DNA of 64,000 nucleotides from Phenylobacterium deserti (GTDB lineage: Bacteria > Pseudomonadota > Alphaproteobacteria > Caulobacterales > Caulobacteraceae), in contig CAMCXF010000009.1 in assembly GCA_945883235.1 (NCBI GenBank), positions 34,632 to 98,631 on the forward strand, written 5' to 3'. Position 1 is the stretch's first letter. Every line of letters starts with the position of its first letter. A program made the position numbers and the translations under genes. Of this stretch, positions 49,760-59,239 are shown in pieces. The notes below the pieces were generated by a model. That model did not search any database, was not told where the DNA came from, and saw nothing but the letters and a program-made list of their open reading frames with translations.

Positions 49760-50595
49760 AGCCTGCGCCCGTGTCGCGCAAGGAAGCCCTCGAGGCCGCC
49801 GAACCGGACGACGCGAAACTCTTCTGCCACGTCCAGATCGTGACGCTTCCCGACCTGACGCGCGCCGCCGCGTATCAGGATCTCCATAAAGGGCCTGAGG
49901 TCGCCGCCCTCCGCGACCTCATCCAGCATCGCAACTGCCCAGCCCCCGGTGCGCGCCTGCATCCGCACCTGGTTCACGTAGTTCCGCAGCATGGTCTGAT
50001 GGCAGAGCGCCGCCTCCAGCTTGCGGTCCAGCACCGGGGCGATGTCCACCACGTCGGTTACCTGAGTCACCGAACGCCCGAAGTACCAGCGCTCGAAACA
50101 CCCATGCGGTGCCAGTCCGGCCTGCAGATGCTCGGGGTGATGCAGCGGGAACTGACTGGTCCAGAACGCCTCATCGACGGCGGCGGCGACCTTGATGTGA
50201 TCCTGATTGTCCTCGCCGTACATTGCATAGGGATCGAACGTGACCAGCGCATAGGGCCGGTGGGTGCGGATCTGGCGGATTACATGTTCGCGGAGTGCCA
50301 CTTCGCTGACGTCGCCCAGCACGTCTGTCGCGTAGTCGAGCTCTATGATCTTGGCGATGCCGAGCACAGCGGCCGCCTGGCGAAACTCGGCCCGGTTCGC
50401 GACGATGGTCTCGGCCTCGGTCTGTGTGCACGAGTCCCAGCGGTCATCGGTCACGCGAACGCAGACAACCTGCCACCCCGCGTCCGCCCAAAGTAGGATC
50501 GTGCCGCCGAGGAACAGCGCCGGGTCGTCGGCATGGGCCACCACCAGCAGGATCGTGCGGCCCTCGCCCGGCTCAATGATCGTCGGCACAGTCAT
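49756..50595 (-). CDS. PIG-L/LmbE family N-acetyl-sugar deacetylase
   Basis: ILLVVAHADDPALFLGGTI motif and a downstream His/Asp pattern. It overlaps the downstream gene by 4 bp. Confidence 0.8.
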   Translation of the reverse strand: MTVPTIIEPGEGRTILLVVAHADDPALFLGGTILLWADAGWQVVCVRVTDDRWDSCTQTEAETIVANRAEFRQAAAVLGIAKIIELDYATDVLGDVSEVALREHVIRQIRTHRPYALVTFDPYAMYGEDNQDHIKVAAAVDEAFWTSQFPLHHPEHLQAGLAPHGCFERWYFGRSVTQVTDVVDIAPVLDRKLEAALCHQTMLRNYVNQVRMQARTGGWAVAMLDEVAEGGDLRPFMEILIRGGARQVGKRHDLDVAEEFRVVRFGGLEGFLARHGRRL

Positions 50596-50683
50596 GAGGG
50601 CCGACGCTAGGCGCCCGGCGACCTCTGGTCAAATCATTGACGCAATGATCGCGACCCGCATAGGTTGGCCGCCGGGAGATACC

Positions 50684-51748
50684 ATGGCGCGCGACATCGA
50701 CCTTTTCGCCTCGATCATGATCGGCGAGCCGTTTGATGTCGCAGAGGTGTCGCTGGTCGATGTGCTGTCGGGCCTTGGGTCCTGGACGGCGGTGGTGAGC
50801 GATCCGCCGTGGACCCTGATCGCCCCGGCGTTTCCGAAACCGGCGCGGGTGGTGGTGGCAGGCGACATGGACCTGTCGGCGCTGGAGGCCCTGGCGGCGG
50901 TGACGGACCCCGGCCGCACCGTGGTGGGCATCGGCGGGGGTGCGGCGATGGACACCGCCAAGTTCCTGGCGTGGAAGCACGACAAGCCGCTGATCCAGGT
51001 TCCCACCATCACTTCGGTCGACGCCGCTTTCACCGATGCGATCGGTGTGCGTCAGGACCAGCGGGTCCGCTACATTGCCAAGGTCACGCCGCGTCTGGTG
51101 GTTCTGGACCTGCCGCTGATCCGGTCGGCGCCACCGCACCTGAACCGGGCCGGAGTGGGCGACGTGCTCTCCTGCCATACCGGCCTGTTCGACTGGAAGC
51201 TGGCCAGCGATGCGGGGCATGGCCACCCGTGGCGAAACGATCTGGCCGCCCTCGGCACGGAACTTCTGACTGGGCTGGAGGCCGCCGCCGAAGACATCCG
51301 CCGCGTCTCCGCCGACGGCGTCCGGTTTCTGGCCCATGCCTATCGCCGTATCGGCGCCGCGTGCGCTGAGGCTGGCCACAGCAGGTTCGAAGAAGGGTCC
51401 GAGCACTTCTGGGCCTATGCTTATGAGGCCCAGACCGGCGTGTCGCAGATCCACGGAGAGCTGATTGCCTGCGGCGTGGTGGCGTTGAGTGTGGTCCAGG
51501 ACAATGCGCCGGACCGCGCCGCCGACATCGTGACCCGCAGCGGCGTCCGCGCCCATCCGGCGGATCTCGGGATCACCGAAGCCCAGTTCCGGGCCGCTTT
51601 GACCGGTCTTGCGGCCTACGCGCGTACCGAGTCTCTCGACATTTCAGTGGCCGATCTCGCGCCTGTCACCCCCGACCAGATTGACGCCGCGTGGCAGGCG
51701 GTCTGCGCTCTGCCGCGCCGGCCGCATGAGCCGGAGCCTCCACAATGA
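50684..51748 (+). CDS. Iron-containing alcohol dehydrogenase superfamily protein (glycerol-1-phosphate dehydrogenase / dehydroquinate-synthase-like)
   Basis: VVGIGGGAAMDTAKFLA...PLIQVPTITSVDAAF...RAGVGDVLSCHT. GGGAGA RBS before ATG 50684; the track ORF starts at 50345. Confidence 0.6.
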   Translation: MARDIDLFASIMIGEPFDVAEVSLVDVLSGLGSWTAVVSDPPWTLIAPAFPKPARVVVAGDMDLSALEALAAVTDPGRTVVGIGGGAAMDTAKFLAWKHDKPLIQVPTITSVDAAFTDAIGVRQDQRVRYIAKVTPRLVVLDLPLIRSAPPHLNRAGVGDVLSCHTGLFDWKLASDAGHGHPWRNDLAALGTELLTGLEAAAEDIRRVSADGVRFLAHAYRRIGAACAEAGHSRFEEGSEHFWAYAYEAQTGVSQIHGELIACGVVALSVVQDNAPDRAADIVTRSGVRAHPADLGITEAQFRAALTGLAAYARTESLDISVADLAPVTPDQIDAAWQAVCALPRRPHEPEPPQ

Positions 51749-52986
51749 CCTCTACTGACCGGGCCGCGATCCTGGGCGGGCGGCCGCTGTGTGCCGAACC
51801 GTTTCCTCGCTGGCCGATCTGGGATGATCACGAGCGCGACGCCCTCACCGCTACACTGGATAGCGGCGGCTGGTGGGACGGTGACGGGGATCGGGCCGCC
51901 CGGTTCGCCTGCGACTTCGCCGCATATCACGGCGCGGCGCACGGCCTGGCCATGACCAATGGCACCCACACGCTTGAGGCGGCGCTGGCAGCTTGCGATG
52001 TGGGCGAGGGTGATGAGGTCATCGTTCCCGGAATGACGTTCGTGGCGTCTGCGGGCGCTGTCCTGGCGGTCAACGCCACGCCGGTGCTGGTGGATATTGA
52101 TCCTGAGACCCTGTGCATCGACGTGGTCGCCGCCGAGGCCGCCATCACCGGGCGCACGCGGGCGATCATGGCCGTGCATGTGGCCGGTGCCGCCGCCGAC
52201 CTGGACGCCCTCACCGAGCTCTGCGCGCGCAAGGGCCTGCACCTGATCGAGGACTGTGCCCATGCCCACGGCACCTTCTGGCGGGGTCGTGGCGTGGGGT
52301 CGTGGGGCAGTTTCGGCAGTTTCTCCATGCAGTCGTCAAAGCTGATGACGGCCGGCGAGGGCGGGGTGCTGATCTGCAACGACGACCGGCTGCGCGACCT
52401 GGCCCGCAGCTACGGCAACTGTGGCCGGGTGGAGGGTGAGTGGTTCTATCACCACGCCCGGTATGGCGCGAACCTGCGCATGACCGAGTGGCAGGGTGCC
52501 GTGCTCAGCGCCCAGCTCGAACGCTTCCCTGACCAGAACCGCAGGCGAAACCAGAACGCCGTGGCGCTGGGCGAAGCGCTGGCCCGGATTGATGGCGTGC
52601 GGCCCCAGTTCCGCGACCCCCGGATGAACAGCCAGGGCAATTACTGCTACGTCTTCCACTACGATCAGGTGGCCTTCGCGGGCATGGATCTGCGTCTGTT
52701 CGAAAAGGCGCTGGGCGCCGAGGGCGTGCCCATGGGGGTTTCCTATCCCAGCCTGAACGAACTGGAGGTGTTCCGCCGCGGCGACTTCGGACCGCGCCTG
52801 CGCGCCGCCGCGCCGAAGATCGACTACGCCAGCCTGCGGTTGCCCGTCGCCGAACGTGCGGCGCGCTCGACGGTCTGGTTGCAACACCGCCTTTTGCTGG
52901 GCGATCTGGATCAGGTGCTGGACGTGGCGCGGGCGGTGAAGCGCGTCCAGGACCAGGCGGCGGCGATCGTGGCGGCGGGTGGTTAG
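51745..52986 (+). CDS. DegT/DnrJ/EryC1/StrS-family PLP-dependent aminotransferase
   Basis: PLP-lysine context SFSMQSSKLMTAGEGG and N-terminal ILGGRP...WP. The ATGA start overlaps the upstream gene. Confidence 0.9.
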   Translation: MTSTDRAAILGGRPLCAEPFPRWPIWDDHERDALTATLDSGGWWDGDGDRAARFACDFAAYHGAAHGLAMTNGTHTLEAALAACDVGEGDEVIVPGMTFVASAGAVLAVNATPVLVDIDPETLCIDVVAAEAAITGRTRAIMAVHVAGAAADLDALTELCARKGLHLIEDCAHAHGTFWRGRGVGSWGSFGSFSMQSSKLMTAGEGGVLICNDDRLRDLARSYGNCGRVEGEWFYHHARYGANLRMTEWQGAVLSAQLERFPDQNRRRNQNAVALGEALARIDGVRPQFRDPRMNSQGNYCYVFHYDQVAFAGMDLRLFEKALGAEGVPMGVSYPSLNELEVFRRGDFGPRLRAAAPKIDYASLRLPVAERAARSTVWLQHRLLLGDLDQVLDVARAVKRVQDQAAAIVAAGG

Positions 52987-53660
52987 GCTAAGTCGGCCGC
53001 TCTGAAGGCGCCCTGCCGCACAATCTCATCTGCGGCCTGGGCGGCCAGGCTCTCGGCTTCGGGGCCCGGTACACCCAGCCCCCGCAGTTCCAGCGCACCG
53101 ATCTGCTGGGCGAGGGTGACCGCATGGACGAGGTTCGGGTTTCCGGCCACCCGGACAAAGGCCGCCTGGACGACACCGATCACAAAAATGAGCCCGGACT
53201 CCATGCTAGCGAGCGCGAAGCGACCGCTGGCCAGACCTGCTGTGACGTCGCTGACGACCCCTCGGTTCAAGGACGCTTCAGGCGCGTTGCCGGCATGGAA
53301 CCGGATGATTACCCCGGCACCCTGAGGGTCGTCTACGGCGTAGCGCAGATAGACACACAGTGCCCTGACCATCCGGCGTGCGCTGTCCTCGACGCCCGTG
53401 TTGGCTGCATCAACGGCGTGTTCGACGTCGGCGCGGATCAAGGCGGTCACGGCCCGCGCCAAAGCCTCTCGATCCGTGAAGTGATTGTAGAAGCTGCCCT
53501 TGGCCACCCCGGCTTCCCGGACGATGTCGTCGATGGCCACGGCGTCGATCGGGTGTTCGCAGAACAGCTTGCGACCTGCAGCGACCAGGGCCGCGCGTGT
53601 CTTCTCCGTACGACCGGGGCGATCAGCGGCCATGGGGCGCGGGCGCTGGAGTCGTTCCAT
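52983..53660 (-). CDS. TetR/AcrR family transcriptional regulator
   Basis: HTH region IDDIVREAGVAKGSFYNHFTDREAL. Confidence 0.85.
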   Translation of the reverse strand: MERLQRPRPMAADRPGRTEKTRAALVAAGRKLFCEHPIDAVAIDDIVREAGVAKGSFYNHFTDREALARAVTALIRADVEHAVDAANTGVEDSARRMVRALCVYLRYAVDDPQGAGVIIRFHAGNAPEASLNRGVVSDVTAGLASGRFALASMESGLIFVIGVVQAAFVRVAGNPNLVHAVTLAQQIGALELRGLGVPGPEAESLAAQAADEIVRQGAFRAADLA

Positions 53661-55131
53661 TGGTCACCTGCTGAGCGAAGGCGGCGGCCAGCACGTTGGG
53701 GTCTCCGGTTCCAAAAACGTACCGGTCGGGTCGGACCAGAACAGCATCGACGCCCTCCCGGTCAAGCCAGTCCGTCAACGCCTTGCAGAAGGGTGCGAGA
53801 GACGCATCCTCAAGGGTCATCGCCGTCGCGATGTCGCCGACCCGGGGCGCTGATGTCCTCGACAGCAGCCAGGCCCCGTCGTCCAGGACATCGTCCAGGC
53901 GTCGCCCCTCGGTCGTGGGTTGGGGAAAGAGCGCGCCCGCGGCAGGGGTCCCGGCCAGCACGCAGCCTGACGCCAGCGACGCCGGCCTGGCGGGTGGAAG
54001 CGACCGCGCACCGGCAGCCTGTTGCGCCAGCATGCCTCGGTCGCGCACGCTGGCTGCGACCGGATCCAGCGTGCAGACGATACGGCCCATGCCGATCGCC
54101 TGTTCGATGATGGCGCGGACATGCGGCGCGCGTTCGGTCTGGTAGGTGTCGAGCAGCGCCTCCGGAGCTCCCGCCAGTACCGCTTGCAGTTTCCACGCGA
54201 GGTTGGCGGCGTCCCTCAAGCCGGAGCACATGCCCTGCCCGGCGAAGGGCGGCATCTGGTGGGCGCTGTCGCCGGCCAGGAGGACGCGACCGTTTCGCCA
54301 ACGGTTCGCCATCAGGCCATGGAACCGGTAGACCGCCTTGCGTTCAAGCTCGACGGGCCCGCAATCCCACGGGGTGATCAGCGACTGGATGAAGTCGTCT
54401 TCGAGTGCCTGTTCCGGGGTCTCGCCCGGCAGCAGCATGAACTCCCAGCGATGCCGGCCCGGACCCATCAGCACACAGGTCGTGGGGCGCTTCGGATCGC
54501 AGATCTGCAGGTTGATCTCCGGCGTACGGGCACCCGGCAGGACGCGCGCGTCGATCACCAGCCAGGGCTCGTCGAACTGAAAGTCGATCATTCCGCCGCC
54601 GACTTCGCCGCGAACCGGGCTGGACGCGCCGTCGCAGCCCACGAGGTAGCGCGCGCGACGCGTTGTCCGGCCCGTCTGGGTCTCGATCGTCGCCGTGACC
54701 CCGAGGCTATCGTGGTCCAGGGACAGGTAGCGCCATCCGGTATGCATCGTGGCGGCGGGGAGCGTTGCGAGCAGATCGCGAAGGGCCTGTTCGAGCGCCG
54801 GCTGATGAAACATGTAGCCCGCAGCCCAGCCGGAGGGGCTGTGGGCAGGGATTTCAAAGCGCAACAGCGCCTGTCCATCCGCCGTGCGGAATTCATAGGC
54901 CGGGGCGACCCGGGTATGGCGCTCAACGATCTCGGCGATCCCAAGCTGCTGGAAGATCCGCATGATCTCGTGGTCGAAGTGGGCGGCCCTGGGCAGGGGG
55001 TAGACCTCGGCGTCCTTGTCGAGGGCGATGGTCCTGACGCCGGCGCGCGCCAGCAGGGCCGCAAGCGTTGCACCCACCGGGCCCAGGCCGATGATCAGCA
55101 CATCACAATCGAAGTCCGCACCCTGCGGCAT
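53623..55131 (-). CDS. FAD-dependent aromatic-ring hydroxylase (MhpA/3-hydroxyphenylpropionate hydroxylase-like)
   Basis: DVLIIGLGPVGATLA, GCDGASSPVR and GDSAHQMPPFAGQGMCSGLRDAANLAWKL. Confidence 0.85.
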   Translation of the reverse strand: MPQGADFDCDVLIIGLGPVGATLAALLARAGVRTIALDKDAEVYPLPRAAHFDHEIMRIFQQLGIAEIVERHTRVAPAYEFRTADGQALLRFEIPAHSPSGWAAGYMFHQPALEQALRDLLATLPAATMHTGWRYLSLDHDSLGVTATIETQTGRTTRRARYLVGCDGASSPVRGEVGGGMIDFQFDEPWLVIDARVLPGARTPEINLQICDPKRPTTCVLMGPGRHRWEFMLLPGETPEQALEDDFIQSLITPWDCGPVELERKAVYRFHGLMANRWRNGRVLLAGDSAHQMPPFAGQGMCSGLRDAANLAWKLQAVLAGAPEALLDTYQTERAPHVRAIIEQAIGMGRIVCTLDPVAASVRDRGMLAQQAAGARSLPPARPASLASGCVLAGTPAAGALFPQPTTEGRRLDDVLDDGAWLLSRTSAPRVGDIATAMTLEDASLAPFCKALTDWLDREGVDAVLVRPDRYVFGTGDPNVLAAAFAQQVTNGTTPAPAPHGR

Positions 55132-55132
55132 C

Positions 55133-55990
55133 TCAGGCCTCGGGCGCGCAAGGGTTTTCGATGGCACCCAGGGTCTCGATCTCAATCCGCACGCGATCGC
55201 CGGCTTTGAGGAACTGCATGGGCTTCATCGCCGCGCCGATGCCTCCGGGCGTGCCGGTGAAGATCAGGTCTCCGGCTTCCAGGGTCATGGCCTGCGACAG
55301 GTGCACGAGCTGGTCCCAGACATTGAACACCAAGTGCCGTGTGTTGGAGTCCTGCCGCGTCTCACCGTTCACGGTGCAGCGGATCGCCAGCGCATGCGGA
55401 TCGGGCACCTCGTCGGCGGTGGTGATCCAGGGGCCGAACGGCGCGTGGGTGTCGAAGGACTTGCCGACGACCCACTGCGGCGTGCGGTGCTGCCACGCCC
55501 GTTCGGTGGCGTCATTGCCCACGCAGTAGCCGAACACGGCGGAGGCGGCATTGGCTCTGGAAATGTGCCGCCCGCCGGTCCCGATCACGGCGACCATCTC
55601 AGCCTCATAGTCCAGCGCCTGAGAGACTTTCGGGACGTCGATCGGATCGAAGGGACCGTTCGCCGACGTTGGCGCCTTGCTGAACCAGACCTGGTGTTCC
55701 GGCGTGCCCATGCCGCTCTCGGCGATGTGGTCGGCATAGTTGAGGCCGATGGCCATGATCTTGCCGGGGCGCCGGATGGGTGCCAGCAGCCGGACCTGAT
55801 CGAGGTCCAGGGTCATCGTGGCCGCGTCTGCGGCGGCCCGGACGGCGGCTTCGACCGCGGGCCAGGACTGGATCAGGCCGATCATGTCCGTGGGCAATTG
55901 CGGGAGGATGCGGTTCAGCGGGACGATCTTCTGTCCGACGACGGCGCCAAGCTCTGAGGCTGAGCCGGTGGTGAAGGTTGCGAGTTTCAT
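55133..55990 (-). CDS. Fumarylacetoacetate hydrolase (FAH) family protein
   Basis: MKLATF start and the FAH C-terminal domain pattern (YEAEMVAVIG, GTPGG). The track ORF extends to 56077. Confidence 0.8.
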   Translation of the reverse strand: MKLATFTTGSASELGAVVGQKIVPLNRILPQLPTDMIGLIQSWPAVEAAVRAAADAATMTLDLDQVRLLAPIRRPGKIMAIGLNYADHIAESGMGTPEHQVWFSKAPTSANGPFDPIDVPKVSQALDYEAEMVAVIGTGGRHISRANAASAVFGYCVGNDATERAWQHRTPQWVVGKSFDTHAPFGPWITTADEVPDPHALAIRCTVNGETRQDSNTRHLVFNVWDQLVHLSQAMTLEAGDLIFTGTPGGIGAAMKPMQFLKAGDRVRIEIETLGAIENPCAPEA

Positions 55991-56012
55991 CTGGTCATTG
56001 CCTCGTCTGACG

Positions 56013-56939
56013 TCAGGCCATGGTCGGTGGTGCGGGCTGGCCCCACTGCACGGCCAGCAGGTCCTGCAGTGACGCAACGTTTGACCCGTCGCTGGCCGTC
56101 AGCAGGTCGCCGTCAGTCCAGTGCTCCAGGGTGTGGCCCCAGGGGTCGCGCCAGTAGTCGAACACCTGGCTGCCCAGGATGTGACGCCCTACGCCCCACT
56201 CGGCCTGGCGCCCCGCGTCCTTCAGCCGGGTGTGGCCCGCCATCAGGTCGTCGAGGTCGGCTACCTCGAAGGCGGCGTGGTTGAAGCCGGGGCCCTTGGG
56301 GCTCTGGGCGAGGAACAGGGTGTGGTGGTCGGTCGGCGTCTCGCCGCGATCGCACCGCAGGAAGGCGCCGAGCGAAAACTCGGGCGAGATCGCCACCTCA
56401 TCGGAGGTGATGAAACCGAAGCGGTCCTTGTACCAGGCCTCCGAGGCGCGGAAGTTGGACACGTTCAGCACACAGTGCCCCAGCCGCACCACGTGGGCGG
56501 CACCGACGCCGGTCCGCTTCACGGCCCGCAACCGTGCGTGCGCCCGGGCGTCATTCCACGGCGACCGTTCCGGAAGCGGCAGGGGATCGACGCGAGCCTG
56601 GCCTGCAACCACTTCGATGCGGTGACCGTCGGGATCGCTGAGCACGACCATCTGCCCGCCGCCCGGCGCGTCCAGTGGCTGGATCTCCACGCCTTCGGCC
56701 TTCGCCAGAAGCTCCAGATCGCCAGGCGACTCCGCGCGCAGGCCCAGCGCCGCGAAGCCCGGATCGCCCAGCTCGGTGGCGTGCAGGAAGGGTGCGGTTC
56801 CGGCACCCCGCGCGAACAGTCGTCCTGAGGTGGCGTCGGTCACCTGCAGCCCGAAGTCCGCCAGGAACCGGCTCATTTCGTCCAGGTCCGGTGCGCGGAG
56901 CCGGACATACCCGATGTCTTCGATCTTGATCAGGCTCAT
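56013..56939 (-). CDS. Two-domain VOC-superfamily extradiol ring-cleavage dioxygenase
   Basis: 308 aa with paired glyoxalase/dioxygenase modules (IGYVRLRAPDL... and LGHCVLNV...). It heads the operon with the FAH protein and the hydroxylase. Confidence 0.7.
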   Translation of the reverse strand: MSLIKIEDIGYVRLRAPDLDEMSRFLADFGLQVTDATSGRLFARGAGTAPFLHATELGDPGFAALGLRAESPGDLELLAKAEGVEIQPLDAPGGGQMVVLSDPDGHRIEVVAGQARVDPLPLPERSPWNDARAHARLRAVKRTGVGAAHVVRLGHCVLNVSNFRASEAWYKDRFGFITSDEVAISPEFSLGAFLRCDRGETPTDHHTLFLAQSPKGPGFNHAAFEVADLDDLMAGHTRLKDAGRQAEWGVGRHILGSQVFDYWRDPWGHTLEHWTDGDLLTASDGSNVASLQDLLAVQWGQPAPPTMA

Positions 56940-56958
56940 GGGATCATCCGGTTTTCAA

Positions 56959-56976
56959 AATGACTATCTGGTCATT
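56959..56976. promoter_or_regulatory. Candidate operator AATGAC-N6-GTCATT in the AT-richer promoter region of the ring-cleavage operon
   Basis: A perfect 6-bp inverted repeat lies 20 bp upstream of the dioxygenase start codon. Confidence 0.25.
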
Positions 56977-57238
56977 ATAGTGGTGTAAGATTCGGTCTTC
57001 AAGGGTCTTGTGAATGACGAAATAGTCAAAAAATGGTACGCCTTCGATGTCGCTGGACCTACTAAATCGCAATCATGGCGCTCAGCGTCGTCGACCGGGA
57101 AACAAACTCGACGTGGATTCTGCGCCCGCAGCCATGCGTCGACCGCGCTTCACGCTCGACTCGCAACCGCTGTTCATGGCACCCAGATAACCTCAAGCGC
57201 AGGTCCGACGCGCGCCCCCGGAAACGTCTGGAGCCCCC

Positions 57239-58111
57239 ATGAGCGACGCCACCTACACCCCGCCCGCCGTCTGGACCTGGAACAAGGAAAACGGCGGTCG
57301 CTTCGCGGCCATCAACCGGCCCATTGCCGGACCGACCAAGGAGCAGCCGCTGCAGGTCGGCAAGCATCCTTTCCAGCTCTACTCCCTGGCCACACCCAAC
57401 GGGGTGAAGGTGACGGTGATGCTGGAGGAGCTGCTGGCCAAGGGTCACAAGGGTGCGGAATACGATGCCTGGCTGATCAACATCGGATCGGGTGATCAGT
57501 TCGGCTCGGGCTTCGTCTCGGTGAACCCCAATTCCAAGATCCCGGCGCTGATGGACCACTCAGGCCCCACGCCGATCCGCATCTTCGAGTCCGGCGCGAT
57601 CCTGATCCACCTGGCGGAAAAGTTCGGGGAGTTCCTGCCGACCGAGCCGGCGGCGCGGGCCGAGTGCCTGTCGTGGCTGATGTGGCAGATGGGGTCCGCG
57701 CCCTATCTGGGCGGTGGGTTCGGGCACTTCTACGCCTATGCGCCCACCAAGATCGAATACGCCATCGACCGGTTCGCCATGGAGGTGAAGCGCCAGCTGG
57801 ACATGCTGGATCGCCGTCTGGCCGAGAGCGAGTATCTGGGCGGGGCGGACTACACCATCGCCGACATGGCGGTGTGGCCCTGGTACGGCGCCCTGGTGAA
57901 GGGCGTGGTCTATGAGGCCGGCGAGTTCCTGCAGGTGGCCGAGTACAAGAACGTCATCCGCTGGACCGACCAGATCGCCGAACGCCCTGCCGTCAAGCGC
58001 GGCCGCATGGTCAACCGCGCCCAGGGTGATCCGTCCAGCCAACTGCGCGAACGCCACGACGCCTCGGACTTTGACCTGCGCACCCAGGACAAGCTGGACG
58101 CGGCGGGCTAA
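57239..58111 (+). CDS. yghU: Nu-class glutathione transferase / GSH-dependent disulfide-bond oxidoreductase
   Basis: Collinear with E. coli YghU by eye: YTPPAVWTWNKENGGRFAAINRP..GPT, GKHPFQLYSL.TPNG.KVT.MLEELL, and the ERHDASDF tail. Confidence 0.93.
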   Translation: MSDATYTPPAVWTWNKENGGRFAAINRPIAGPTKEQPLQVGKHPFQLYSLATPNGVKVTVMLEELLAKGHKGAEYDAWLINIGSGDQFGSGFVSVNPNSKIPALMDHSGPTPIRIFESGAILIHLAEKFGEFLPTEPAARAECLSWLMWQMGSAPYLGGGFGHFYAYAPTKIEYAIDRFAMEVKRQLDMLDRRLAESEYLGGADYTIADMAVWPWYGALVKGVVYEAGEFLQVAEYKNVIRWTDQIAERPAVKRGRMVNRAQGDPSSQLRERHDASDFDLRTQDKLDAAG

Positions 58112-58114
58112 CGC

Positions 58115-59191
58115 TCACATCACCTGGATGGCGCTGAGGGCAAAGGTCAGGATCACCAGCGTCTCCAGCACGATAATCGCCAGTGAGTTCAGGCCCACCT
58201 TGAACATGTCGCCCAGCGAGGTCTTGACGCCCACGGCGGCAATCGCCGCCACCAGCAGCCAGCGGGACATCTCGCCAGCGGCTGTGGGCAGTTCCTTGGG
58301 CACCATGCCCGTGGAGTTGATCGCCACCAGGGCGATGAAGCCCAGCAGGAAGCCCGGGATCAGCGGGGCCGTGCGCCAGTTGGTCTTGGTCTCGGATTTC
58401 GCCCGGAACAGTAAGGCCACGATCACGATCACCGGCAGCAGCAGCGCGACGCGGTACAGTTTGACGATGGTGGCCGTGTCGCCGACTTCCTTGGAAACGC
58501 CGTAGCCGGCACCCACAACCTGGGCCACGTCGTGGATCGTGGCACCCAGCAGAAAGCCGGTCTGTTGGTCGGACAACCCCATCGCGGCGGCCAGCACCGG
58601 ATAGGTCACCATGGCCACGGTGGACAGGGCGGTCACGCCCACCACGGTCAGGAGCGTATCGCGCTCCCGGGTCGGTGACGGCGGCAGGACGGACGAAATC
58701 GCCAGCGCGGCCGAGGCCCCGCAGATCGCCACCGCGCCCGCTGTCAGCACGCCGAATTCAGGCCTGAGCTTCAGGAACCGCGACAGCACCCAGCCCGCGG
58801 TGATCGTGAAGGCGACCCCCAGCGTCACCACCAGCACCACATTGCCGCCCAGCGACATCACCTGATCGATGGTGATCCGCGCGCCCAGCAAGGCCACGCC
58901 CAGCCGCAGCAGCTGGCGGGTGGCGAAGTCCAGCCCCGGGCGATACAGCGTGTCCCCGCGAAGGAAGTTCATCGCCATGCCCAGCAGCAAGGCAAACAGC
59001 AGGATCGGCACCGTGTAGTGATCCGCGAGCCATGCGGCGGCCATCGACACCAGCACAACAATGGACAGACCCGGTGCCAGCTTGCGGGCCGTGACCAGGA
59101 GATTGGCGCGTGTGACCGGGGCCTCAACCGGATCCGGAACGCCCTCCAGCGAATCCAGCGACGAGGCGTTGTAGTGCTCTTCCCTCAGCAT
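58115..59191 (-). CDS. YeiH/UPF0324 family membrane protein (putative sulfate/anion exporter)
   Basis: 358-aa polytopic protein whose pattern is typical of YeiH-family transporters. Confidence 0.7.
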   Translation of the reverse strand: MLREEHYNASSLDSLEGVPDPVEAPVTRANLLVTARKLAPGLSIVVLVSMAAAWLADHYTVPILLFALLLGMAMNFLRGDTLYRPGLDFATRQLLRLGVALLGARITIDQVMSLGGNVVLVVTLGVAFTITAGWVLSRFLKLRPEFGVLTAGAVAICGASAALAISSVLPPSPTRERDTLLTVVGVTALSTVAMVTYPVLAAAMGLSDQQTGFLLGATIHDVAQVVGAGYGVSKEVGDTATIVKLYRVALLLPVIVIVALLFRAKSETKTNWRTAPLIPGFLLGFIALVAINSTGMVPKELPTAAGEMSRWLLVAAIAAVGVKTSLGDMFKVGLNSLAIIVLETLVILTFALSAIQVM

Positions 59192-59239
59192 AGCCGCTGA
59201 TCAGCCCTTTCGTGAGTCACGGCAAGAGCTGTCGACGCC

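Noticed and set aside
57010-57495. 161-aa ORF upstream of and overlapping yghU.
   Set aside because: It starts in the AT-rich promoter region and runs out of frame into the well-supported YghU gene. The product has a low-complexity Arg/Ala composition.
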